Below, one piece after another: positions 52,859-62,858 of a stretch of 64,000 bases of DNA (position 1 is the stretch's first letter; each line of letters opens with the position of its first letter). Source of the stretch: an uncultured Eggerthellaceae bacterium (lineage in GTDB: Bacteria > Actinomycetota > Coriobacteriia > Coriobacteriales > Eggerthellaceae); the NCBI GenBank assembly GCA_905234785.1, contig CAJOIP010000017.1, forward strand, positions 24,494 to 88,493. The letters run 5' to 3'. The notes below the pieces were generated by a model. That model was given only the letters and a program-made list of their open reading frames with translations. It was not told where the DNA came from and searched no databases. The position numbers and the translations under genes are program-made.

Positions 52859-55800
52859 CTACGAAACCTTCACCCAAGTACACTCGCCCCAACCGTAATT
52901 ACGATAAACGCCATCGCCTAAGTGGGTAACCGAAAACGCGGACATCCAAGAGTCGCTTACCGTTGCCGGCAACGGCGTCTGCATATCCGAGCCGCCTTTT
53001 TGGACGCACTTGTAGTAGGACCCGTTGTAATAGATGAGGCCGTACACGCTTCCGTCCCACGAGATATCTGCCGCCACGTAAACGACGCCATCCGCACTCT
53101 GAAGCTCCTTCCATTTGTCAATAGAAGCGCTTGTCATGGCCTTTTCCGCAGCGCTCACCTCGCTGCCCGCTTGCGGACCGCTCGAGGAAGAGCTGACTTT
53201 CACCGACACTGAGCCAATCACCTTGCCGGCGAATTTCACGGTGATGGTCGTTTCGCCTTCCGCCAAATACGTGACGCGCGCGCTGCCGCCTTCCACGGAA
53301 ACGATGCTGGCATCATAGCCTTCGTACGTGAGTTGGCTTGCGGGATCTTGCACCGCCTGGTCGTTGATCTTGCAGTCGGAGACGCCGATAGCCCCCTGGT
53401 CGCCGACCGCGCCTGCCAACGACGTTGTGTCGAGCGTCGCTTCGACATCCATCGGCGAAACGTGCACGGGAACGGTGCCCAGCAGCTTGCCGTTGAGGAA
53501 AACGCTTACCTCCGCATCGCCCGCAGCAAGGTACTCGATCGTCTTGCTGCCGTTCGTGCACTTGGCGACGAGCGGGTTGCTGCACGTGTACGTCAGCATG
53601 CTTGACGGATCGCTCTCGACGGCATCCTTCTTATAGCTAACGTCGATCGCGCCCGTTTCTCCAACGCGCCCGGAAAGCGACTCGGTATTCAGCGATTGCT
53701 CGATGAGCGGCTCGACGTCGATGGTAATCGACCCCTGCGTACCATAGTCGACACGCGTGTCGTTCACATACAAGTCGTTCGACCATATTTTCGCCGTCAA
53801 CGTGATCGTTCCGCTCGATTTAAGCGTAATGCCGTCATTGTTTTTGTAGAACTGAATTGTCGCGTCACCAGCGGTGATGTCGAACGCCCAGCCAACATTG
53901 GCCATGCTAACCCATCCGGCATTCGTCCAAAGATCGACGAACACCTTGTCGCCATACTTGTATGGACCTTCGGGAGATATGCGAATCGTGGTTTCGGGCG
54001 TCACGTTCGGATCGACGTTTACAGATATGAAGCTCGTCGACTTCTTGCCGTTATACGTTGCAATGAGGCAGTACGTGCCCGCAGCGGGAACCGTTACCCT
54101 GCCGTTCGAAACGTCGGCCACCTTGTTGCTGCCCTGGGCGTCGCTGTACACCGCCAACGCAGCCTGCCCCGTAACGTCGGTATCGCCATACTTCACGGTG
54201 ACGCCGGAAACGGTAATCGGGAACCCGGCGATGCCGCTGAGCGCAGAGCCGCTAATCGTGACGTCGTATTGCGCCGCGCCGACGGTGACCGTAATCGAAT
54301 TCGTCGACTTCTTGCCGTTGTACGTCGCTTTGAGCGTATATGTCCCGGCATTGGGTATCGTGACCCGGCCGTTCACGACATCGGCCACTTTGTTGTTGCC
54401 CTGGGCGTCGCTGTATACCGCGAGCGATGCCTGCCCCGTAACGTCGGTATCGCCATACTTCACGGTGACGCCGGAAACGTCAATCGGACTTCCGGCCGTG
54501 CCGCGCATGGCGGAGCCGCTAATGGTGACCGTGCCCTCGGGGCCAGGCGGGATGTCGCCGCCGGAATCGAATTTGGGCTCGCCTGAAAGCGGCGTTATCG
54601 AAGTACCCGTTGCCGCCACGTCCATCTTGAACCATTTCACGCCAGACCCATAGCCATCGGGAAGCCGGGTCTCCTTCAGATAATACGTGCCCAGGAAGAA
54701 ATCGCCCACGTAGAAGACGCCCGTTTCGTCAGATGCGAGCCCGCTTGTCATCGTTGAACCGGCCGCCGATAGGATGTCGAACGTCGCACCGCCCAAGGGC
54801 CCCTTCGTGGCATCGTCGATTTTCTTGAGGATCACCTTCGAGGAATCGCTGTTGAACGTGTTGGTGATCGTCGCGATGCGCCCGTCTTGGCTATAGACGT
54901 ACGTCGGCGTGAAGTTCGAGGTCACATCCACATCGGCGCCAATCGCGTTTCGCTGGACGACGTTCATCTCGACGACGTAGTATCCGTACCCTTCGGGAAG
55001 GTTGAGCGCGACGGTGAACCAATCGTTCGAATCCCCTGCGCTCTTGCGCACGGTGTAACTTCCATACGGCTTCACGACGTAGCCTTCGGCGGCAAGCGTG
55101 TTAACGAGGTTCTCCGCCTCTGGTTGATTGGTGTAGTTGTCGATGGCGACCTCGCCAGGGGCGGCGCCGCTCGAGCTTCCGTTGCCGATCGGCTTGTAGC
55201 GGGAATTCAGGTGTTCCACCCAGATAACCTCGGACTGGCCGTCTTGCCCCTCGGGCACCGTCACCACGTAGTATTTGTGCTCGTCTTCGTCGTAAATCAA
55301 ATCGCCGCGAGACATATGATTCCAACGCGGATGGCCATTCCACAGTTGGTCGTATACCTTTGTGCTCCAAACCGTGCCCGTGTACTTGACTCGGTTGTTG
55401 GTAACTGCCGAGTTTTGGGAAGCCGGGCCATCGGGCATGTTGTTTACGTCAATGTTGTTATAGCCTTGGAAAATCCAGTAATAGCCAGGACCATCGCCTT
55501 CTTCTTTATCCCAGAAGAAGAAGGCCGAAGTCGCCGGCACGGAAATGCTGGTGTTCCCATCGGGATTAGTGTCGTAAAAATCGGACAGGGTCATTTCCTC
55601 GCCGTTGATGGTTACCGTCGGCTCTTCCACCTTCAGGCTATCGGCAAGCTCGACATTCGTGCCGATAACGCCCTCGGCGGCTTTCAGGCCAACTTGGTAC
55701 AGCTCGAAGCTTACCTCGAGGTTTTCAACGCGAGAATCTCCGCCCTGCACTTCATCGGCCCCGTCGTTCCATTTCTTCACAACGGTGAACGCCTTGGTGT

Positions 55801-58800
55801 TGAGCTTGTACGCATTGGTGACGGTGTACGCGCGTTCCCCCGGCACGAGCACCTGCAGGGTTTTCACGCCGGAAATGCGCTGTTCAGGCGAAATGTCGTT
55901 GGGAAGCGTCGACAAGAACGACGCCTGGTCAAACGGGACCTCTTCGCTCGTCGGCTTGGCGATCGCCCCAAGGTTGGCCCCTTTTGGAACGACGAGCTCG
56001 ACATATCGTTCGTCGGCGCCGACCGTGGCCGACTGTCCAAGCGTGACAGACGACCTGTACGCCACGCCTGCATCGTCGTGATACGTGAAGGACAAAACGC
56101 TTCCAGCCGCGAAGCTTTTTGCAGACGCGCCGTTTTCCGAGCTCAGGCTCAGATATGCTATCTGGGAATCGCCTTCGGGCACGTCAACCCAAAGATCCGC
56201 CGACGCCGAGTTATAGCTCGTCAACCACTCGCCCCGTTCGGCGTATCCGCTCAGCGCGTTTTCCGACAGCTCGTATGACGAGTATTCTTCGCGGGTGAGC
56301 ACATCCGCGTAGCGGGGCACGAACATGACCTTCGCCCATTCGACTCGCTCGCCCCCGACGACGTACGCGTCGTTGGCGGTCAGCGTGAAGTCGGCTGCGC
56401 TTCCGATGCCGGCCGGATACGTGTCCACCACGTGGTCGCCGCCATTGGCAACGCCGTTGACCGTGAACGAGATAGTTTCGTTCAGCTCCTTTTCCTCGTC
56501 GGGAACGCTCGCGTCCCACACCTTTTCGACGAGGATGGGAACGCGCAAATCCTCCCAGTAAATCGTGCCGTCAGCCGCGTCATGCGCCGTGCCCGTCAGG
56601 CCGTTGCGATCGTTGATGACGTTGTACAGGCAAGCGTTCGCCCCCGCCGCGAACGAGCCGAACGGTTTTCCTTCATCGCCATGGCCCTCGTATTGAACCG
56701 GGTCGATAAACACGCCGATACGCGCTGTTTCGGCGATGCCGTCTGATGCGATGTTCAACACCGTGGTGGAATTCTGGTTCAGGTACACATTGCACTGCTT
56801 GCCGGCGTCGTTCAGGTTGTCGTACACGCGCACATCGCCCGAGAAGTTCAACTTGGCGCCGACGTTGTTCGCGTCGAACGCGCCGCCGTTGACCGATTTG
56901 TTTCCGCTGTACGTTCCCCCGACGACGTCGACCACGCCGTCGTCGACCGTCCACACGGCACCGCCGACGTTTCCGGCGGCGTTGCCCGTCATCGTGCAAC
57001 CTTCAAACCTCACCGTGGCGAGACCGCGGTTCGAGCAAACAGCTCCGCCGATGTTCGGCGCATAGCAGTCGACGATGGAGCCGTTCTTCATCGAAAGGGC
57101 ATCCGCCCAGATGAAAATGCCGCCACCGGAATTCGCAGCCGATGTGCAGCCGGAAATACTGCAGTTTTCCAGAGTCGCCTTGACAAGCCAGTCGCTCAAG
57201 CAGATGCCCGCGCCGTTCAAATACGTCCTGCACGAGCTGATGGAAACATTGCCATCTTCGCCCTTCGCATTGAACGTCGCGCCCCCCTCGACGTAAACGC
57301 CGCCGCCATGCTGGCCAGATTCGCACTGGGCAATGGAAGACACGCCGAGCATCTGCAGAACGCCCACAGACTCGTACACGCCGCCGCCGGAGGCATTGGC
57401 TGAGGACGACGAGATGAGCGACGAATCTTTCATGGTGAATTTGCCCAGCGAATACACGCCGCCGCCGTTTCCGCCCGCCTTGCAGCTCTGCACCGACGCC
57501 GTATCTTGCAGGGTCGCCTTCGCGCCCTGCGCGACGTACGCTCCGCCGCCGTCGGCAGTGGCCGAGCCTTTTTCGATGCGCGTCGAACCGGCGATGACGG
57601 CGCTCGAGCCAGACGTGAGGAACAGCGCGCCACCGCTGGTTGCGCTACTGTCGAGCACCTTTACGTCAGTGAGGTCGACCGACGCGAGCTTGCCGCTTGC
57701 CGTGTTGCTGTTCAGGTAGATGGCGCCGCCGAAGCCGGACGCGCTGCTGTTCTGCATGGTGGCATTGCTGATCGTAGCGCTCGCGCCAGGCTCGACGATA
57801 ATCGCGCCGCCGTTCACGGCGCTGTTCCCGTCTTCTTCTTTCGATCCGCCGAATACCGTTTCCTTGTCGCCGCCGATGGTAAGGGTGCCATAGCCGCCTA
57901 TCTTCACGGCGCCGCCGCCGTGAACGCCGTCATGCCCGATGCCGTTATCAACTTTGTTGCCCTTGAACGTGCTGCCTGAAATCGACAGGGTGCTCTTGTT
58001 GTTCAGGGTCTTCGGCTCGTTGTTGACGGTAACCGTCTTGTCGGCATCGGACAACACGGCGATTGCGCCGCCTTCGCCCGCATACTTTTCCGCGTTCTTC
58101 TCGTCAAGGTACTTGGTGACCGTCGACGTGTTTTTCTCGAACGTACTTCCCGTAACTGCCACCATCGAGTTTTCGCACGCGCGTATGGCGCCGCCGGCTC
58201 CATTGCTTGCATTGTTCTTGAATACGCTGTCCATGATCGCGAGCGAATTCGGCTTCTTTTCGATTATCTGGTTCGCGCTGTCCTTCTTGCCCTCGTTCTT
58301 GTTGCTCGACAAGTTGATTGCGCCGCCGCCGGCATATCCGCTTTCATTGTTCTCGAACGTGGCGCCAATGGACACGACCGTCATTTCTTGGCCCGCGCAA
58401 ATCGCCCCGCCGTCTTCCGCCGCGTAATTGCCCGTCAGGACCGCGCCCCTAAGCAGGTAAATCGTCGACTTTTGGCTGGCATATACCGCGCCGCCCCGAC
58501 GCGCTGCGCCGTTTTTCAACGTCGTTCCCGTATCAACCACGAGAGTCGTATCGTCTTTCGACATGTTGACAAGGCCGCCGTAGCTGGCGTCGGAAACGGC
58601 ATCGCGTGCGCCGCTGTCGTTTATGTCGAAGCCGCCGTCCATCGTGATGTTGGCTAGCCAAAGCTCGTTCAGCTCGGTTCTGATCATCGTGCTGTCGGCG
58701 ATGCCCGCAGCCTTCGTAATCGTGCAGGCCGCCCCGACCTCCGGGTCGGTCGTAAGGGTGACTTTGTAATCGCCTTTTGCCGTGATGCTGCTCGACAGAG

Positions 58801-59200
58801 TGTAGTCGTTCACCAGCATCCGGAACACATACGACCCGTCGAATGCCGTGCCGTTGCTGTAGGTATATTTGCCCAGGTTGGAAAACGCAGCTTCGAGCGT
58901 CGTGAAGCCTGCAGGGTTGCCGTTAGCGTAGAGTACATTCCCGTTTCCATCGGTAACGATGGTTGCCCACCCCTGGTTCATGTACCAGGCATCGCTATTG
59001 GCCGCCGTGGTCAGGACGGTGGAGATGACGGCATCGGTGACGCTATCGCCCTCTTCGGTGCTGGTCGCCGCGAAACCGCCTGCGCCCAGAGCGGCGACCA
59101 GCGCCACAGTGGCAAGCGTTTCAGTGGCAACGGCGCCCTTCGAGCTGCGGAGGCGCTGCCAAAGGCGCTCGAGCCTTCCGCGTATGTGCTTGTCTGCCAT
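52859..59200 (-). CDS. Giant (~2,113 aa) surface adhesin: prepilin-like N-terminus, PMP-type GGA[IVL] beta-helix repeats, CnaB/SpaA-like and Ig-like (Big_2-like) domains
   Basis: ATG 59200 (the track start at 59215 is TTG). N-terminus MADKHIRGRLERLWQRLRSSKG|AVATETLATVALVAALGAGGFAA. About 18 GGAVYA/GGAICA/GGAINL/GGAIRA-type repeats with FxxN-like spacing (approx 56540-58550). VEKVWD and VKKWND CnaB-like motifs. KVILKKIDDATKGPLGGATFDI..YYLKETRLPDGY is SpaA-like. There are tandem Ig-like repeats. No LPXTG motif is present. Confidence 0.8.
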   Translation of the reverse strand: MADKHIRGRLERLWQRLRSSKGAVATETLATVALVAALGAGGFAATSTEEGDSVTDAVISTVLTTAANSDAWYMNQGWATIVTDGNGNVLYANGNPAGFTTLEAAFSNLGKYTYSNGTAFDGSYVFRMLVNDYTLSSSITAKGDYKVTLTTDPEVGAACTITKAAGIADSTMIRTELNELWLANITMDGGFDINDSGARDAVSDASYGGLVNMSKDDTTLVVDTGTTLKNGAARRGGAVYASQKSTIYLLRGAVLTGNYAAEDGGAICAGQEMTVVSIGATFENNESGYAGGGAINLSSNKNEGKKDSANQIIEKKPNSLAIMDSVFKNNASNGAGGAIRACENSMVAVTGSTFEKNTSTVTKYLDEKNAEKYAGEGGAIAVLSDADKTVTVNNEPKTLNNKSTLSISGSTFKGNKVDNGIGHDGVHGGGAVKIGGYGTLTIGGDKETVFGGSKEEDGNSAVNGGAIIVEPGASATISNATMQNSSASGFGGAIYLNSNTASGKLASVDLTDVKVLDSSATSGGALFLTSGSSAVIAGSTRIEKGSATADGGGAYVAQGAKATLQDTASVQSCKAGGNGGGVYSLGKFTMKDSSLISSSSANASGGGVYESVGVLQMLGVSSIAQCESGQHGGGVYVEGGATFNAKGEDGNVSISSCRTYLNGAGICLSDWLVKATLENCSISGCTSAANSGGGIFIWADALSMKNGSIVDCYAPNIGGAVCSNRGLATVRFEGCTMTGNAAGNVGGAVWTVDDGVVDVVGGTYSGNKSVNGGAFDANNVGAKLNFSGDVRVYDNLNDAGKQCNVYLNQNSTTVLNIASDGIAETARIGVFIDPVQYEGHGDEGKPFGSFAAGANACLYNVINDRNGLTGTAHDAADGTIYWEDLRVPILVEKVWDASVPDEEKELNETISFTVNGVANGGDHVVDTYPAGIGSAADFTLTANDAYVVGGERVEWAKVMFVPRYADVLTREEYSSYELSENALSGYAERGEWLTSYNSASADLWVDVPEGDSQIAYLSLSSENGASAKSFAAGSVLSFTYHDDAGVAYRSSVTLGQSATVGADERYVELVVPKGANLGAIAKPTSEEVPFDQASFLSTLPNDISPEQRISGVKTLQVLVPGERAYTVTNAYKLNTKAFTVVKKWNDGADEVQGGDSRVENLEVSFELYQVGLKAAEGVIGTNVELADSLKVEEPTVTINGEEMTLSDFYDTNPDGNTSISVPATSAFFFWDKEEGDGPGYYWIFQGYNNIDVNNMPDGPASQNSAVTNNRVKYTGTVWSTKVYDQLWNGHPRWNHMSRGDLIYDEDEHKYYVVTVPEGQDGQSEVIWVEHLNSRYKPIGNGSSSGAAPGEVAIDNYTNQPEAENLVNTLAAEGYVVKPYGSYTVRKSAGDSNDWFTVALNLPEGYGYYVVEMNVVQRNAIGADVDVTSNFTPTYVYSQDGRIATITNTFNSDSSKVILKKIDDATKGPLGGATFDILSAAGSTMTSGLASDETGVFYVGDFFLGTYYLKETRLPDGYGSGVKWFKMDVAATGTSITPLSGEPKFDSGGDIPPGPEGTVTISGSAMRGTAGSPIDVSGVTVKYGDTDVTGQASLAVYSDAQGNNKVADVVNGRVTIPNAGTYTLKATYNGKKSTNSITVTVGAAQYDVTISGSALSGIAGFPITVSGVTVKYGDTDVTGQAALAVYSDAQGSNKVADVSNGRVTVPAAGTYCLIATYNGKKSTSFISVNVDPNVTPETTIRISPEGPYKYGDKVFVDLWTNAGWVSMANVGWAFDITAGDATIQFYKNNDGITLKSSGTITLTAKIWSNDLYVNDTRVDYGTQGSITIDVEPLIEQSLNTESLSGRVGETGAIDVSYKKDAVESDPSSMLTYTCSNPLVAKCTNGSKTIEYLAAGDAEVSVFLNGKLLGTVPVHVSPMDVEATLDTTSLAGAVGDQGAIGVSDCKINDQAVQDPASQLTYEGYDASIVSVEGGSARVTYLAEGETTITVKFAGKVIGSVSVKVSSSSSGPQAGSEVSAAEKAMTSASIDKWKELQSADGVVYVAADISWDGSVYGLIYYNGSYYKCVQKGGSDMQTPLPATVSDSWMSAFSVTHLGDGVYRNYGWGECTWVKVS

Positions 59201-59269
59201 ATCGTTACCACCCAATCCGTTGAAACCCGTTGGCCATGCCCTGTTTTCCCATCGTGTGCCCCAACGTTC

Positions 59270-61816
59270 CTATCGCGAGTTCGGCACGAGCGTCTCAGGC
59301 GCCGGCCAATCTCCGTAGTGTGTGTGCAGATGCGTGATGAGCTTGCCCGAATCGTCGGAAAGCGGGGAATCGGAAAGCTCGGCGATGGTCTCGAAAAGGA
59401 ATTTCCCCTGATACGCTTGCGCAAGCGTGCGGTTGTACGAAGAAACGAGCGCCCTGTCGTACGGAACGGCATTGCCGGCGCCGCCGTCGTCGCCTTCGCG
59501 CGAAATGAACGAGCGGTAAGCTGACGTGTCCGCGTCGATTTGCGTTACTCCCGCCGCATTGGCGCCGCTGCCCATGCCTTTGTTGACGATTGCAAGGTAA
59601 CGGTCGCCGTCCAAGGCGGTTCCGGAAACCGAACCGGCAAAGCCGCCTTTCCCGACGCCGCTCACCGCTCCGACAGAATAGCTGTTGGCGATGCTGCCCC
59701 CCTGCGCCACGCCGACAAAGCCGCCCGTGGATACCGCCCCGCGAACCGAGCAGGTCGAGTAGCAGCTGGAAATAGCCGAATCGCTCGCGGACCCGACAAG
59801 TCCGCCAGCAGCGACGCCGCCGGACATGACGTTCAGGCGGGCCGCGCCCGAGGTCGTGGCGAGGTAGACGCCGCCCGACGTATGGCCGCCCGAGTAGCTG
59901 TCGCAGATGACGGCGCCGTTCTGGGCCGCGCCGACCAGGCCGCCCGCCGCGCCGCTTCCGCCCGTGGCGCTGACGTACACAGCCGCCGCGCTTTCCCTCA
60001 CCGTGCCGCCGTTCAGCAAGCCCACGAGGCCGCCGGCCGCGGTGGCTCCGGTCACTTGGGCAGACGCATCGGGGCCTGCGAGGCCGTCGCGCGCCAGGAC
60101 GTTCGAAACCTCGACGCCGGCGCCGACCTCGCCGGCCAGGCCGCCCGCCGCGCCGCCCGACGACGTGACGGACGAATCGACGAGCGTCAGGCCGCTGACC
60201 GCCGACCCGCTCATCCCGAGGGTGGCGAAAACGCCGGCGGAGCCTTCGACGTCGACCGCGATGTTCTCGATGGAGTAGCCGCCGCCGTCGTACGTCAGGA
60301 CGTAGCCGGGCTCGACGGGCAGGAACGTGCCCTGCTTTGACGCCACGGCGCCGTCGCGCCACATGCTGGCTGCCGCATGCTCGCTTTCCATGAAGCCGTT
60401 CCAGTCCATGTCGGTTTTCTGGACGGCCGTGACGAACCCGTACTCGTTCGCGACGGGGTTCAGGCTGGTGATGCGGCCCTGCGAATCGCGAACCGCCTGA
60501 TAGTTGAAGTGCGACACGGGGCTGGACAGGTTGGCGAGGTGCCTGAACGTGACGATTTCGACGGTGCGCCCTTGCGGGCCGTCGGCCGCCGCCGTGCCGG
60601 CCGCCGTGTCGGCCGCCGCCGTGCCGAACGTGGCAACGCCGCCCGTCGCCAGCGCCTCAGCGGGCGACAAGCTGGCGCCCTCGGATGCCTTGTGCGCGTT
60701 GAGGGCGTCGGCGAACAGGCTGTTCGTGGTGGCCGTCGCCGACTTGGCCACGACCGACGTGGTGTCCTTCGCGGCGACCCACGCGTAAATTCGCAGGTTC
60801 TCGCCGGGGACGAACATGCTCGCGTTGGCTTTCTTGTGGTCGGCGTCGCGGCTTTCGGCGACACGGTAGAAACGGCCCGCTTCCTTGGTCACGTCATCGA
60901 GCGTGAAGGTGTACGTGTTGCCCGAAACCCTCGCATCGGCCTCGTCGAACCATATGGCGGCGGCGTACGCAGTCTTGGACTCGCTTTCGACGACGAGCTT
61001 GACTTCGTATTCGTGGCCCGAATTGTTCGGGTTCGTCACCTTCACCTGCAGCGTGTCGCCGTTGATGACCTGCAGCGTGGGCGCCTTCAGCTTCAGCGCG
61101 GCCTCGCCTTCGGGCTCGGCGCCGTAATAGCCGATGATCTTGCCCGTGTTACGGTAGTCCTGGCGGGCCTCCCGGTTGTCGCCGCCGTACGCAGATTCCA
61201 AGCTCTGCGCGTCGAGGCCGCTGACGACGGTTTCGGAGAAGTCGACGTCCTTGGCGTAGAACACGTCGATGACCGTGGCAGTGGAAGGCTGGTAGCGGAT
61301 GACGTAGCTGCCGCCCGCGCGCACCGTCTCGTCGATGGCGCCGAACGGCAACATGAGGTTGAGGGCGCTCGCCTTGTTGTCGGGGCTGTTTGCGCTGTCC
61401 GCGCTGGCGGAAGGCGAATGCACGAAGAAGTACACGTCGTCTTGGCCAGCCGACGCGTCGAGGCTTTCGCGCGTTCCCAGGGAAATGCCGCTGCCCGATT
61501 CGAGCAGGCCCTGGCTTTCGGCGAGGGACAGGTGGTTCTGGGCCGCGACGTACACTTCCTTGGCCGTGGCGTCGAGCTCCGTTTGCTGAAGGTTCTTCCA
61601 CATCTGCATGATACCGACGAACGCCAGGCCGAGCAGCACCGCGGTGATGCCCACGACCAGCATGGTTTCCATCAGCGTGAAGCCGGCGGCGCGGCGTCCA
61701 GGTTGCGCGGGTTGCGCGGTGGCCCGTGCGCCAAGCTGCACGCGGCCGGGCACGGCGCCCAGGCGCAGCCGCTTCATGTTGTCCGTGCCGTTCATGTCTG
61801 TCATGACCTTCCCCAT
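59270..61816 (-). CDS. Large (~840 aa) prepilin-like protein with C-terminal GLUG-motif repeats (modular minor pilin candidate)
   Basis: ..GRRAAG|FTLMETMLVVGITAVLLGLAFVGI is a class III signal. The C-terminal third has repeated ..AAGGLAGEV.., ..AAGGLVGLL.., ..AAGGLVGAA.., ..AAGGLVGSA.., ..TGGFVGVA.., ..KGGFAGSV.. (GLUG-type). The exact start is uncertain (several ATGs between 61816 and 61778). Confidence 0.7.
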   Translation of the reverse strand: MGKVMTDMNGTDNMKRLRLGAVPGRVQLGARATAQPAQPGRRAAGFTLMETMLVVGITAVLLGLAFVGIMQMWKNLQQTELDATAKEVYVAAQNHLSLAESQGLLESGSGISLGTRESLDASAGQDDVYFFVHSPSASADSANSPDNKASALNLMLPFGAIDETVRAGGSYVIRYQPSTATVIDVFYAKDVDFSETVVSGLDAQSLESAYGGDNREARQDYRNTGKIIGYYGAEPEGEAALKLKAPTLQVINGDTLQVKVTNPNNSGHEYEVKLVVESESKTAYAAAIWFDEADARVSGNTYTFTLDDVTKEAGRFYRVAESRDADHKKANASMFVPGENLRIYAWVAAKDTTSVVAKSATATTNSLFADALNAHKASEGASLSPAEALATGGVATFGTAAADTAAGTAAADGPQGRTVEIVTFRHLANLSSPVSHFNYQAVRDSQGRITSLNPVANEYGFVTAVQKTDMDWNGFMESEHAAASMWRDGAVASKQGTFLPVEPGYVLTYDGGGYSIENIAVDVEGSAGVFATLGMSGSAVSGLTLVDSSVTSSGGAAGGLAGEVGAGVEVSNVLARDGLAGPDASAQVTGATAAGGLVGLLNGGTVRESAAAVYVSATGGSGAAGGLVGAAQNGAVICDSYSGGHTSGGVYLATTSGAARLNVMSGGVAAGGLVGSASDSAISSCYSTCSVRGAVSTGGFVGVAQGGSIANSYSVGAVSGVGKGGFAGSVSGTALDGDRYLAIVNKGMGSGANAAGVTQIDADTSAYRSFISREGDDGGAGNAVPYDRALVSSYNRTLAQAYQGKFLFETIAELSDSPLSDDSGKLITHLHTHYGDWPAPETLVPNSR

Positions 61817-61835
61817 CGGTTCGCCTGCCCGCGCC

Positions 61836-62447
61836 TCACGATGCGAGCGCGAGCACGCGGACGTCGAATTCGTCGATGCCGGCGTGTTCCAGGACGTCGT
61901 CGCCCCGCACGACCTTCAGCCCACGGACCGTGAACACGCCCGCGTCTGCGTTCCATTCGATTGAATCGGCCTTCGCGCGCAGGCTCGCATTCGCCCCCGC
62001 TGCGGCTGATACGGGCACAAGCGGCGTCTGCACGACCTGCCCGGCGGCGTCCGTCTGCTCGAGGAACAGGCCTAGGGCGTCGTTGTATTTGACGGACGTG
62101 GCGTAGCCCGTTTCCGCGCTGTCGAAGGTGACGTACAGCATTTCGCCAGTCGATTCGTCCGTGACCGCGTTCGCCTGCACGAGCGCGCTCGCGTTCGGGT
62201 CGGCCACTGACAGTTCGTCGCGCAGGCGCGTGGTGGTGGTGGAAAGCAGCACCTGGGCGTTCGAGTTGTCGACCGCCGCCACGTAGGCCTTGGTGGCAGC
62301 CGGCACGCCCGCGGCCACGATGGTGCTGGCCAGCAGCATGATGGCCAACGCCGCCAGCGTTTCGGTCAGCGTGAAGCCCGCACGCGAGCGCTCGGAAGCG
62401 ACGCGTTCGCGCAGGCCGTTCATGATATGCCGGAACCGTTGCCGCAC
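61836..62447 (-). CDS. Prepilin-type minor pilin
   Basis: ..ASERSRAG|FTLTETLAALAIMLLASTIVAAGV (G-1, F+1, E+5). GTG start 7 nt after the upstream stop. Confidence 0.7.
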   Translation of the reverse strand: MRQRFRHIMNGLRERVASERSRAGFTLTETLAALAIMLLASTIVAAGVPAATKAYVAAVDNSNAQVLLSTTTTRLRDELSVADPNASALVQANAVTDESTGEMLYVTFDSAETGYATSVKYNDALGLFLEQTDAAGQVVQTPLVPVSAAAGANASLRAKADSIEWNADAGVFTVRGLKVVRGDDVLEHAGIDEFDVRVLALAS

Positions 62448-62453
62448 GTCGCG

Positions 62454-62858
62454 CTACCCTTCCGATGCCGAGCCCTGCCCGTATGCGACCACGGGGTCGG
62501 CGTTTCCGGGCACGCTCACCGAGACGTACGAAAGGCCGGGGATGGTCGAGCCGCCCGTCGAGGCGTCGACCCCAAAGCCCGTCATGGTTATGGAAACGCT
62601 CGCGTTCGAGCCGGCCGAGCCCTCGACGCCATCGCCTTCGACGGACTGGGCCGCCAGTGCGTCGGAGGCGGCGTAGTACCTCGTGGCCGCTTCGTCGCTT
62701 TGCCTGATCATGTTCGCGGCGACCGCCACGGCCATGACGAGCATGAGCATGCCGAGGCCCGCCACGATGACGGCCGCCAGCGTTTCGATCAGGGTTTCGC
62801 CGGATGTGCTTGCCAGCTTGGCGCGCACCGACGCCACGAGCGGGGACTTAACTGCCAC
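62454..62858 (-). CDS. Prepilin-type minor pilin (non-canonical +1 residue)
   Basis: MAVKSPLVASVRAKLASTSG|ETLIETLAAVIVAGLGMLMLVMAV (G-1, E+5). 134 aa. Confidence 0.6.
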   Translation of the reverse strand: MAVKSPLVASVRAKLASTSGETLIETLAAVIVAGLGMLMLVMAVAVAANMIRQSDEAATRYYAASDALAAQSVEGDGVEGSAGSNASVSITMTGFGVDASTGGSTIPGLSYVSVSVPGNADPVVAYGQGSASEG

